In this document: positions 47,638 through 56,829 of the stretch, in pieces
How positions within the stretch are numbered: position 1 is the stretch's first letter
Layout: each line of letters opens with the position of its first letter
Origin: Bacteroidota bacterium
GTDB lineage: Bacteria > Bacteroidota > Ignavibacteria > Palsa-1295
Assembly: GCA_021324685.1 (NCBI GenBank)
Contig: JAJPIQ010000036.1
Location: 1,423-65,422 of the forward strand
DNA length: 64,000 bases
Reading direction: 5' to 3'
Made by a program: the position numbers and the translations under genes
The notes under the pieces: generated by a model
Told to the model about the DNA's origin: nothing
The model's input: the letters and a program-made list of their open reading frames with translations, nothing else
Databases searched by the model: none

Positions 47638-47648
47638 GCGAGCGCTAA

Positions 47649-47693
47649 GCGCAGTCGCGGCTTACGGTTCGCGCAGTCGCGGCCTTACGGTTC
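47649..47693. repeat. Tandem duplication (22 + 23 nt) spanning the stop codon of the minus-strand aldo/keto reductase
   Basis: gcgcagtcgcggcttacggttc / gcgcagtcgcggccttacggttc. The second copy encodes the last residues and the TAA of CDS 47685..49382. Confidence 0.85.
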
Positions 47694-49382
47694 GCGTTGT
47701 CCGGCCGCTAAACGTTCCCATATCTGTTCGATCGTGGAAACAGGTTTTGCCTGTAAGCCATAGATCACGTCCTCCACGTATTCTTCCGTCCGCATTCCGA
47801 CCAATACCGACGAAACCTCAGGAATGCTTCGGAGCAGGACAATGGCTTTCTGGGAGAGCGAGAGTTCCCGGTACTCTTCTCCTAATACCGCGTCGAGCGC
47901 CTGATGGATTTTCATCGAACGAGCGTGGCCACGATTGGTATAGTAGTTCGAAAGGTGTTCGAAAGCTTCATCGACGCTCTCGGCATAGTTCGTTAAGAAC
48001 GCAAGCACGAGCGGTACTTCCTGCGTGGCCGGCCGGAGCACATCGAAGGCGTATTGGATCCGCGGCGCGAGCACCTGACGAGAAATGTCCTGCCATTCTT
48101 CGACGCTCGCAAATTCCTTCCAGTTGCCCTGATCGAGATTGCGGCCGAGCGTGAGAAATTTTTCTACCGCTTCCCGGCCCTGCGCATCGAGTTCCAAACT
48201 CTTCAAAGGCCCGGAAACGAATTCTTCTTCCTGCAGCCGAATATCGTGGAGGAGATCGTCGATATCCGGCTCCGGCGGTATTTCCCGCTCCGGGAAATCG
48301 GCTAATCGAATGAGCTGCTGCGGACCGTCGCCCGTGCTTCGCACGATCGCGTTGAGCGGGCGATTGACGAGCACGCCGATCTCCTGTTCGCCGCAGAATT
48401 CGAGCAACGTTTTCGTTCCGTGCCGCTGGTTCCGGTTCGCGATGGCGCCGGCCTCGAAGAGGTTCATTGGGAACTCGATGACGCCAAAATGATGTCCGGC
48501 GCCCGCCAGTTCTTCGGCGGCCCGCCAGGCGGCTTCGAGCGAAGTCCGGTCGACGGACTCTTCGGGCTTTGGGAATGTATTGGAGCTGATGCCATACCAC
48601 GCGATGCGGCCGCGCTCGACCTCCGACTCGAGGTGTTCGAACGCGCGTCGAATGCGGCGATGATATTCGTCCCGCACGTCCTCAGCAGGAACTCCTTCAT
48701 TGAGCGCCCACTCGATATAATACTCGGGGTTGTGAAGGAGATAGACGTCGATGGTTTCGAGCTGGAGCCGTTCGAGCGATTCCGAGATCTGGTCGCGAAG
48801 GAAATCGGGGTGGATCGAATGCCACAGCCCCTGCGAATGGCGAACGAGTTCCGAGAGCTCCGAACCGGCGGAATAATCGGCATGGGCGGCATTCGCGCGG
48901 CGCTGCATTTCCTCGAACCGCTCGCCCTGAATGTATCCTCCTTTGGAGACGACGATCATTTCTTCCCGCTTCACCTGGCCTTGCACGACCAACCCGGAAA
49001 GTACTTCCCCGATCAGCCGCTCGGAATTGCCGCTGCTGTAATTCGAAGACGTATCGACGATATTAATACCCATCCGAACAGCTTTTGCCAGCGCCGCACG
49101 ATGTTCCTGTACACTTCGGTGCACGCGGTACGATCCGAATCCGGCCGCACTAACCGTAAGGCCGGTCCGGCCGAGCATTTTGTACGAATGCGACCAGTCG
49201 GGATACCGCGCCGGAACGCCCGCCGTCGCCTCGATCGACGCCCGACCCCCGATCTCCACCGCCCGCTCCTGAATTTCACCGTTAGGGGTAATGAGCATAA
49301 GGAGCGCAAAACCTCGCCGTTTAATTTTACGTGCCAAAGAAACGGAATAAATTAATCGTCGTTTAAGGATGGGTTCCATCAA
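47685..49382 (-). CDS. Aldo/keto reductase family oxidoreductase with a large internal insertion
   Basis: YKMLGRTGLTVSAAGFGSYRV, NIVDTSSNYSSGNSERLIGEVL, AWYGISS, and near the C-terminus VLVGMRTEEYVEDV. The N-terminus is uncertain (Met1, Met29). Confidence 0.7.
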   Translation of the reverse strand: MMEPILKRRLIYSVSLARKIKRRGFALLMLITPNGEIQERAVEIGGRASIEATAGVPARYPDWSHSYKMLGRTGLTVSAAGFGSYRVHRSVQEHRAALAKAVRMGINIVDTSSNYSSGNSERLIGEVLSGLVVQGQVKREEMIVVSKGGYIQGERFEEMQRRANAAHADYSAGSELSELVRHSQGLWHSIHPDFLRDQISESLERLQLETIDVYLLHNPEYYIEWALNEGVPAEDVRDEYHRRIRRAFEHLESEVERGRIAWYGISSNTFPKPEESVDRTSLEAAWRAAEELAGAGHHFGVIEFPMNLFEAGAIANRNQRHGTKTLLEFCGEQEIGVLVNRPLNAIVRSTGDGPQQLIRLADFPEREIPPEPDIDDLLHDIRLQEEEFVSGPLKSLELDAQGREAVEKFLTLGRNLDQGNWKEFASVEEWQDISRQVLAPRIQYAFDVLRPATQEVPLVLAFLTNYAESVDEAFEHLSNYYTNRGHARSMKIHQALDAVLGEEYRELSLSQKAIVLLRSIPEVSSVLVGMRTEEYVEDVIYGLQAKPVSTIEQIWERLAAGQREP

Positions 49383-49395
49383 GGAGATCGCTTAC

Positions 49396-49938
49396 ATGCA
49401 AAAGAAAAAACTTCACCTGGGGTGCGGAAATATTATTAAGGAAGGCTACGTCAATGTCGATGTTGCACCGCTTGCCGGGGTCGATGTCGTTGCCGACCTT
49501 ACCGTTTTTCCATGGCCGTTTGAAGATTCGTCATTCGATGTTGTGGAATTGCATAATGTTCTCGAACACCTTCCGGATGTTTTCCGCACGATGGAAGAAT
49601 TATATAGAATTTCGGCTCCGAATGGGGAGGTCCTGATTACGGTTCCCTATTATAATAGCCTGGATTATGGAAGCGACCCCACGCATCTTCATGGGTTTTC
49701 TCAATATTCCATGAATTTTTTAGATGAACGAACTCTCGCCGGTAAAGAACGTCCCTATTATTCCAAAGCGAGATTTCATGTCGAGAGCATCGACTATTTC
49801 AACACGCTGGCATTCGGTAAATGGATGAAGGTAAGCAACAAAATCGGACGGGCCGTGCTGGGTGCATTTTCTTATTTCCTTTCGAATATCATCCGCGCCA
49901 TGACCTTCCACCTCCGGGCCATTAAGGATAAGAATTGA
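49396..49938 (+). CDS. Class I SAM-dependent methyltransferase
   Basis: KKLHLGCGNIIKEGYVNVD (motif I), SSFDVVELHNVLEHL. AAGGAG at 49381-49386 precedes ATG 49396. Confidence 0.75.
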   Translation: MQKKKLHLGCGNIIKEGYVNVDVAPLAGVDVVADLTVFPWPFEDSSFDVVELHNVLEHLPDVFRTMEELYRISAPNGEVLITVPYYNSLDYGSDPTHLHGFSQYSMNFLDERTLAGKERPYYSKARFHVESIDYFNTLAFGKWMKVSNKIGRAVLGAFSYFLSNIIRAMTFHLRAIKDKN

Positions 49939-51242
49939 AACTAAGCCAGCATCTCGATAAAGGCTTTTGGGCGCTTGCAGACCGCGGGCTTCCATTTATT
50001 TACGCGGTGGCGCAAATCGCCGTCGCACGCGAACTCCGCCTTGAGGAATACGGGACCTACGTTATTTTTCAAGTCATCTTCAACATGCTATTCGCTTTTA
50101 CCGATAACTTCGCGTTGCAGGCGATCGTTAAATTCGGGGTCGAGCCGGAAGTCGATTTGCAAACGTTAGTGACCGTCACCTTCGTATTGTTCCTTAGCTT
50201 TCTTGCACCGATTTTAATTCTGATTAATATTTTCCCATCTTCGATCGCTGCTGTGCTCGGGAATTCTCGGCTGGGAGTTCTTTTCCCACTCCTCATTCTC
50301 TATGTGGCTGCGAGTACGCCTCGCGTCATTTTTTCGAAAGTGCTGCAAATGCGCTTTCGAATGCGAGATATATTTTTTGTCGATCTCGGCAATTTTGGCT
50401 TAGGAGGATTATTGCTCGGTGTGGCGGTGTATCTTCATCGAATAAACACGGCAGGAGATGTCATCTGGATTACGATTTTGAGTGCAATGGTCTCCAGTAT
50501 CGTAGCCATTATATTCGGCAGAAATCATCTCTCCATACAATTCCGGTTTTCCCTGCCGATGTTTCGGCGTATTAAAGAGTTCGTTCGATTCCAAGGCGCC
50601 ACGGGAATGGTTTCCGTCCTTCAACAAAACATCGATTCGCTGGCCGTATCCACATTTACGGGCGCAGCCGGAGCTGCCATCTATGGGGCCGCGAAAAATG
50701 TGTATCGCATGTTCGATGTCATGCGCGATACGATCACGCTCCTGGTTTTTCCGGCGACGAGTAAGTATCATTCTCGGAACGATATCGTCACCGTCCGGAC
50801 CATTTTAGAGAAAGCCATTGGGTTCCTGTACCTCGTTTTAGTACCGCTTGTCATTTTCCTCTTCCTGCTGACGCCCATTTTTTTTCATACGCTCTTCGGA
50901 GCAAAATTCGATAGCAGTATTTCTTTGTTTCGAATATTAGTAATCGGTACCCTTGTACTTCCCATTCAAATGGTCTTTATTTCGACGATGGTCGGGATGG
51001 GCCGCGTCCGTGAAATGTTTCGCGTGATCTTGAGCGGATTTTTAACGAATGCGATCGCGACCCTAATCTTATTACCCACCATTGGGATCATGGGAGCCGC
51101 AATATCCTTTATCACGGCGAACGTGATTCAATCGATCCTTTCCTACCGGTTTATTCGTAAAGAGATAGGCTTTCGTCCACGCTTTGCTATTTCGCAGGCT
51201 TGGAAAGATGCTGCGAACTTTTTACAGGAACGAATAGCATAA
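49935..51242 (+). CDS. Oligosaccharide/polysaccharide flippase (Wzx/MOP superfamily)
   Basis: 435 aa, polytopic, with the typical lipopolysaccharide-biosynthesis flippase pattern (..FALQAIVKFG.., ..GAAGAAIYGAA.., ..GIMGAAISF..). The TTG start overlaps the upstream stop. Confidence 0.65.
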   Translation: MKLSQHLDKGFWALADRGLPFIYAVAQIAVARELRLEEYGTYVIFQVIFNMLFAFTDNFALQAIVKFGVEPEVDLQTLVTVTFVLFLSFLAPILILINIFPSSIAAVLGNSRLGVLFPLLILYVAASTPRVIFSKVLQMRFRMRDIFFVDLGNFGLGGLLLGVAVYLHRINTAGDVIWITILSAMVSSIVAIIFGRNHLSIQFRFSLPMFRRIKEFVRFQGATGMVSVLQQNIDSLAVSTFTGAAGAAIYGAAKNVYRMFDVMRDTITLLVFPATSKYHSRNDIVTVRTILEKAIGFLYLVLVPLVIFLFLLTPIFFHTLFGAKFDSSISLFRILVIGTLVLPIQMVFISTMVGMGRVREMFRVILSGFLTNAIATLILLPTIGIMGAAISFITANVIQSILSYRFIRKEIGFRPRFAISQAWKDAANFLQERIA

Positions 51243-51245
51243 AAA

Positions 51246-51271
51246 ACGGCCCGCATTACTATGCGGGCCGT
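51246..51271. terminator. Bidirectional hairpin terminator between convergent genes
   Basis: A6-acggcccgc-attactat-gcgggccgt-ttt. Confidence 0.75.
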
Positions 51272-51293
51272 TTGGTCAACCGAACACTCATTG

Positions 51294-52766
51294 TCAACGA
51301 GAAAGGATCAGCTTTTCCACCGTTCGTTCTTCGCCGATTTGAACCAGAGCCATGTAGGTCCCGGAGGTCAACCCGGTCCCCGAAAGGGTGAGATCATACG
51401 TCCCGGGAGGTAATGAACCCTGATCGTATGTTTTTACAAATCGGCCGTCCATGGAGATCAGTCGTACCGAGACATTTTCGTTGGCATCCAACCGGTATTC
51501 AATCGTCGGAACATTATTTGCGTCGTATTGCAGGCTCACCGTCCTGATGGCGGAACTATTGCTGACGCTCGCAGCGGACGAGGTGTTGATCGGCATTGCC
51601 TTATAAGCAGTCAGCGCGCTGTTGCCGACATCGAGGATCTCGCAGGTCGCCGTATACGTGTTATCGCCGGTAATTCCACCGCCGACGATCACCATATCGG
51701 TCGGAAGGGAATCGTTGACCTCCTGGTGGAGATAGGCCGCGCCGTGTTGACCGCGCGCCTGGTTCAGGGTCGGCGCGAAATACCACCGGGCGTTTGGCTT
51801 GTCATACCACTCTGCGGTCGCCGTGCAGGAGTCTGCCGACACCGAGGGAATTCCAAAGGCGGAAAACCCGCCGGTAGCCAGGTAGCGGTCATCCGGGAAC
51901 AGGACACAGCTTAACCATGTGGAAGGAACTTTCATCGCATCCGTCTCGGTCCAATGACCCGTTGAAAGATCGAATAATTCCGATCCGGGAGCAGTGCTCA
52001 GTGCCGCGTTCCGTCCGCCAGCACATAAAATCGACCCATCGCTAAACTGCACGAGCAATCCGCGCATGCGCGGTTGATGCATCGGTTCGATCACGGTCCA
52101 GGTGTTCGCTACGGGATCGTAAATTTCGGATTCGTTAAAGAAAGTCCCATCCCATCCACCGATGCGTCCGCCGGTTACGATCACGCGGCCGTCGAGAAGG
52201 CTTGCGGCCTGCTGTTCGTACCGTGCCTGTTGCATCGGTGCAACAAGCGTCGATGTGTTTGTGGTCGGATCGAAAATTTCGGCACTGGCGACCGGCGAAT
52301 CCCCACTCAGTCCCCCGGCAATGAGTACACGGCCATCGGTCAGAAGCGAAGCGGATTGATGCTCGCGTGGTATCTGCATGTGCCCGACAACGGTCCATGT
52401 GCCGGTCGATGGATCGTAAATTTCTATAACGTCGGTATTGATCGGAGAGTCATCGAGCGTCCCTCCGCTCTGACCGCCAAAAACAGCTACGCGACCGTCC
52501 TGAAGCTTGACGGCGCTATGGAGAAAACGGGCGACATTCAACGAACCGGTCAGGGACCAGCTCGCCGTCGCAGGATCGTAGAGTTCGCACTCCGCATGCG
52601 GGGCATCGTTTGTAACTCCTCCCGTAGCAAGAACTTTTCCGTTATCGAGCGTTGTGAAAATAACGAATCGCTTCGCACAACTTAACGAACTCGCGTATTG
52701 CCATTGCTGCGCTCCGGCCGTTGCAACACTAACGCTAAGAAGAAGACTAACCAGAAGTGTTTTCAT
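51294..52766 (-). CDS. Kelch-repeat beta-propeller protein with T9SS C-terminal sorting domain
   Basis: Signal peptide MKTLLVSLLLSVSVATAGAQ. Repeated units of the form ...GG......ELYDP....W......M...R. C-terminus VSVRLISMDGRFV...GTYMALVQIGEERTVEKLILSR. Confidence 0.75.
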   Translation of the reverse strand: MKTLLVSLLLSVSVATAGAQQWQYASSLSCAKRFVIFTTLDNGKVLATGGVTNDAPHAECELYDPATASWSLTGSLNVARFLHSAVKLQDGRVAVFGGQSGGTLDDSPINTDVIEIYDPSTGTWTVVGHMQIPREHQSASLLTDGRVLIAGGLSGDSPVASAEIFDPTTNTSTLVAPMQQARYEQQAASLLDGRVIVTGGRIGGWDGTFFNESEIYDPVANTWTVIEPMHQPRMRGLLVQFSDGSILCAGGRNAALSTAPGSELFDLSTGHWTETDAMKVPSTWLSCVLFPDDRYLATGGFSAFGIPSVSADSCTATAEWYDKPNARWYFAPTLNQARGQHGAAYLHQEVNDSLPTDMVIVGGGITGDNTYTATCEILDVGNSALTAYKAMPINTSSAASVSNSSAIRTVSLQYDANNVPTIEYRLDANENVSVRLISMDGRFVKTYDQGSLPPGTYDLTLSGTGLTSGTYMALVQIGEERTVEKLILSR

Positions 52767-52931
52767 CGTTTCCTCGTACTTTAATTGAGAGTGAGGTCTG
52801 TGTAAAAACACTCATTCACTCCTAAAGTTACACTGTATTCTTATGGAAAGCTACGGCGCCAATTGTTTCATCCCGGCCTTTAAGAAATCCATTATATTGT
52901 AGTGCTTCTCGTTTCTTTAAGATTGGTCGTT

Positions 52932-55900
52932 ATGAGAAATATTGTCCTTTCGTTGCTGCGGTCCCTGAAAAGACTGTGTATAGCGGGATCGATTTCTTTT
53001 TTCGCGGTTGCCTGCGCTAACGCTCAATCGTGGACCTCGATAAAAACATTCGAGGGATATATCTCTCGGGTTAAGTTCCTCAATCCGAACACGGGGTTCG
53101 TCGCCCTGGGTATTCCGCCTGGGAAACCTGCGGGCGGTCCGAAGCCGGTTGCTCTCTATAAAACGACCGATGGAGGTCAGACCTGGCTGCAAGCAACGAT
53201 CCCAAGCGGATATGCCGCGGAAATTGCAGATATCGAGATGGTCGATTCGTTACATGGGTGGATCGCCATGGCGGCATGGGGTGGAACGGGGGACCGGGCG
53301 TTGTGGCGCACGACAGATGCCGGCATGACGTGGACGGAAACCTCCCTTGTCGGCACCGGAACGGAAGTGCACGTAACGCCGAGCGCCATCATTGTGACCG
53401 ACCTTGGGAATCATTTTCACATTTCTACCGACGGTGGAAACACGTTCTCTAATGGAGGGCTCAACAGCACGAATTCTGTAGGGTTCGTTGACGCACTCCA
53501 TGGCGTGATTACTGTTTTTCGAGGAGCGAATTGGCTTAGTAGTTCCGACGGGGGCCTTACGTGGAATAATGTAAATCTTAATGTCGAATCCTGGTCTATT
53601 TACCCCGACACCGGTACGCCGAATTTCTATGCTGCGCCCGAAGGTCCTACCAACGGCCAAGCCCGACATGGCATTATTTATCATTCCTCCGACTATGGTA
53701 TAACGTGGGGACAGCTCGCTTCTTTTCCTTTTATTTTCACAGGTCATCTGACAGGTATCGACAATTCCTATTTATTCCTGCAGGTTCAGGATACAGAAAC
53801 GATAAACGGAGTAACCTACACTGGGATTTATTATTCTACCGATCAGGGCTTAACGTTTATGCCGATTGGTGGTCCGAGTGCGTTCGGCGATACTCGTTTT
53901 TCAGTCCTTAAAGATTGCTCCCGGGTAACCGTATATGCGTTTGACGACCAATCGCCCGGAACACTGTATCAATACTCGTTGGGCACCTCGGTTCCTTCCA
54001 ACACTCCGCCTTCCGTCGGTTTTTCGACGTTTGCACTTACGCCTTCCTGCATCGATGGCGATGCCTATGCGTTGTTCAACGTCGGATGCTCCCAATACCG
54101 CATCGATTCTGTCCGGGTGGAGCAGGATACGGGGAGTGCGTTCCAGGTCGATCCGAAACAGAAGTTCCCGGCGCTGATCGGGGCGAATAAATCGGACACC
54201 GTGCACGTCCTCTTCCATCCGAACCACCGGCTCGGAGGGTTCGGTGCAACGTTGCATGTGTATGGAACCCTTCCCGGATCGGGAACGCCGTACGACACGA
54301 CGATCGCGCTCGTCGCCGGTTCGGTCCCTTCACAGCCCGAGTTCTATAGCAGCACGACCGACCTCCTCTGGTCCTCGCTCACCGAATGCGCCTCCGGCGA
54401 TACCACGATCACGTACACGAACGCCGGGTGCGATACCGTCACGATCGATTCGCTTCATCTCCGGCAGGGCCAAACGCTGACGTCGTCCGGGCTCACCCTC
54501 CCGAAAAAGATCCCGCCGAATGGGACCGTGAAATTGTCGCTCCATTTCGTTCCGAATGGACTGGCTTCCGACAGCCTGTCGTCGCTCGTCTTCTATTCGA
54601 CGCCTGGGAACTTCGACAGTCTCGCGGTCCCGGTCTTCGCGCATGCGGCGCCGGCGGTGCCCGTGCTGACGGCGAGCCATTCCGCCGTTAATTTTGGATC
54701 GGTACCCTCGTGCGATACGATGGACACCGTGCTCACGCTGAAAAACATGGGCTGCGATTCCCTCACGATCGAAACGATGTCCGCCTTGCTCGGCGGTTAT
54801 ACGGCCGATCCTCCGCTCTCGCTGCCGGTCGTGCTGGCGAAAGATAGTTCCATCGCGCTCCATGTCCGGTATCGTCCGCAATCGTTGCAGGATACCGAGA
54901 CGGTCTTTTTCAGGACCGATCACGATGGCAAATCGGGTTCCGCGAAATTCCACCTGGCCGGGAGTATCGGCACGGCGCAACTGACCTCTCTCACGACCGG
55001 TCTTTCGCTTTCGACCATCGCCGTCTGCGGGTTCGTGGATACGACGATCCTCTTCTCGAATCCCGGCTGCGACACGATGACGATCACTTCTGCCGATCTC
55101 GTCCCCACCGGCGACGTCCGGCTTGCAAATCTCACGCTGCCGATTTCGATCCCACCCCACTCCGACACATCGATCGAGATCCGGTTTTCGTCCAACAAAG
55201 CGGAGACGCTATCGGCGGAACTAACGCTCGTCTATTCGATCGAAGGCATGGAGCAGCCGGAGATCGAACTTCCGATCGACGCCACCGCTTCGGCGGGGCA
55301 GGAAGTGCTCGTGATGGATACCGCGCTCCGCATTGCGTCGCTCCCGATCTGCTCGACCGATAGCCTCATCGCCACGATCTATAATGGCGGCTGCGATACG
55401 CTGCTTACGTCGGCGACCGACCTTACGGGCGATCCCGATTTTAGCCTTGTCGCTCCGTTCCAATCGCTGCGCTTGCCGCCGCGCGATTCCGCGCGGATCG
55501 CGATTCGCATTACCCCGCACGCAAAAGGGGTAAGAAGTGGAACGCTTCGGGTGCACTATCGCGGCATGTTCGCGACCTCCGACCGGGATTCGACGATCGC
55601 GCTCGCGGCGACGATTACCGATGGTTCCCGCATCCTTGCTGCCTCGCTCGATTCGGCGCATTTCGATTCGGTGAGTTATTGCGAGGCCGGCGATACGCAG
55701 CTCGTCGTCCGGAATACCGGCTGCGACACGCTTACGATCGCGGCCGCGACCTACGATACAGCGTATTTCGGCCTCGATCCTTCACCTTCGTTCCCGCTTC
55801 GGATCCCGCCCGATTCCAGCGTCGTCTGGGACGTCCGCACGCGGTTGGACACCGTCGGGCATGTTCTGGCGATCGCCGACCATCTCCAATTCCTTTCGAA

Positions 55901-56666
55901 TTCCGATTCGCCGGCCGGAACGATCCCGCTCTCGTACTCGGTGCGCTATCCGCAGCAGGTCGGGTTCGAACTGGTCCCGATGGCGGCCGCGCTTCCGGCC
56001 GACTCGAGCGTCTATTACGATCTCTATTCCCGGAATGCCATCGCGTCGCTCGGAGCGACGGAACTTCGTTTTACGATGAGTCATGCGCCCGACCTGCTCA
56101 CCTATCTTTATCCCACGGGGCCGAATACGGTATCGGAAAGTTCCTATTCCACGGCAGGTTCCGTTACGCACGATTTTACCGTCGAAGGCTCGCCGATCGT
56201 GCAGGATAAGAACGGCAGTATCGCGAGGCTCTGGTTCAAAACCGCCGTCGCGCGCTCCTCCGCGACGCGCGTTGGGATCGATTCCCTGACGATCGATCCC
56301 GCCGATCCCGATTTCATTCGCTGCACGGCCTATGCATTGCCCGTGAGCGATACCTCGTTCACGCTCACGAATGCCTGCGGCGATTCGCTGCTGCGAGCGT
56401 ACCTGCAGGGCGGGCCGTTGGTGCTCCGGATCAATTCGAATACGAACGGCGCGATCGCGGAGATCCGCTCGCGGGAATCGGTCCAGGGCCGGTTGCGGGT
56501 CGTCAATATCCTCGGCGCATCGATGTTCGAAACCGATCTCTCCCTGCTTCCAGGCGATCAGGAGTATCCACTGCCCGCATCGCTCCCCGAAGGGCCGCTC
56601 TTCGTCCAGCTTTTTACCGGTTCGGGCGATCTTGCGCACGCGGCCTTTATCAACATCAAACGGTGA
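52932..56666 (+). CDS. Large secreted protein: N-terminal BNR/Ycf48-like propeller + six or more repeated ~110-aa beta-sandwich modules (ASH/choice-of-anchor-D-like, N.GCD(T/S) signature) + cohesin-like region + CTD
   Basis: Asp-boxes: TTDGGQTW, TTDAGMTW, STDGGNTF, SSDGGLTW, SSDYGITW, STDQGLTF. Modules are marked by NVGCSQYRI, NAGCDTVTI, NMGCDSLTI, NPGCDTMTI, NGGCDTLLT, NTGCDTLTI and the degenerate NACGDSLL. ATG 52932 gives a signal peptide. Confidence 0.75.
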   Translation: MRNIVLSLLRSLKRLCIAGSISFFAVACANAQSWTSIKTFEGYISRVKFLNPNTGFVALGIPPGKPAGGPKPVALYKTTDGGQTWLQATIPSGYAAEIADIEMVDSLHGWIAMAAWGGTGDRALWRTTDAGMTWTETSLVGTGTEVHVTPSAIIVTDLGNHFHISTDGGNTFSNGGLNSTNSVGFVDALHGVITVFRGANWLSSSDGGLTWNNVNLNVESWSIYPDTGTPNFYAAPEGPTNGQARHGIIYHSSDYGITWGQLASFPFIFTGHLTGIDNSYLFLQVQDTETINGVTYTGIYYSTDQGLTFMPIGGPSAFGDTRFSVLKDCSRVTVYAFDDQSPGTLYQYSLGTSVPSNTPPSVGFSTFALTPSCIDGDAYALFNVGCSQYRIDSVRVEQDTGSAFQVDPKQKFPALIGANKSDTVHVLFHPNHRLGGFGATLHVYGTLPGSGTPYDTTIALVAGSVPSQPEFYSSTTDLLWSSLTECASGDTTITYTNAGCDTVTIDSLHLRQGQTLTSSGLTLPKKIPPNGTVKLSLHFVPNGLASDSLSSLVFYSTPGNFDSLAVPVFAHAAPAVPVLTASHSAVNFGSVPSCDTMDTVLTLKNMGCDSLTIETMSALLGGYTADPPLSLPVVLAKDSSIALHVRYRPQSLQDTETVFFRTDHDGKSGSAKFHLAGSIGTAQLTSLTTGLSLSTIAVCGFVDTTILFSNPGCDTMTITSADLVPTGDVRLANLTLPISIPPHSDTSIEIRFSSNKAETLSAELTLVYSIEGMEQPEIELPIDATASAGQEVLVMDTALRIASLPICSTDSLIATIYNGGCDTLLTSATDLTGDPDFSLVAPFQSLRLPPRDSARIAIRITPHAKGVRSGTLRVHYRGMFATSDRDSTIALAATITDGSRILAASLDSAHFDSVSYCEAGDTQLVVRNTGCDTLTIAAATYDTAYFGLDPSPSFPLRIPPDSSVVWDVRTRLDTVGHVLAIADHLQFLSNSDSPAGTIPLSYSVRYPQQVGFELVPMAAALPADSSVYYDLYSRNAIASLGATELRFTMSHAPDLLTYLYPTGPNTVSESSYSTAGSVTHDFTVEGSPIVQDKNGSIARLWFKTAVARSSATRVGIDSLTIDPADPDFIRCTAYALPVSDTSFTLTNACGDSLLRAYLQGGPLVLRINSNTNGAIAEIRSRESVQGRLRVVNILGASMFETDLSLLPGDQEYPLPASLPEGPLFVQLFTGSGDLAHAAFINIKR

Positions 56667-56708
56667 GCGAGGAAACGATGAGCGAGGAAACGATGAGCGA
56701 AGAAAAAA
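56664..56708 (+). repeat. 15-nt tandem repeat (2 perfect + 1 degenerate copies), each unit beginning with an in-frame TGA
   Basis: tgagcgaggaaacga / tgagcgaggaaacga / tgagcgaagaaaaaa. The first TGA is the stop of CDS 52932..56666. Confidence 0.9.
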
Positions 56709-56829
56709 GGTGAGGCGGCCGTTGTGGGAGATCGTGAACGGCCCCCCGTGAAGCCCGATGCCGGCAACGGCCGGCTCCGTTCGTGGAGTTCGGGGACATT
56801 GCCGCCGTTCTCTCTGTTCTCGTCCCCCG

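Noticed and set aside
56667-56829. T-box or tRNA-mimic operator in the thrS leader
   Set aside because: Only two short generic stem-loops and the 15-nt tandem repeat are visible. I recognised no T-box sequence or specifier architecture.
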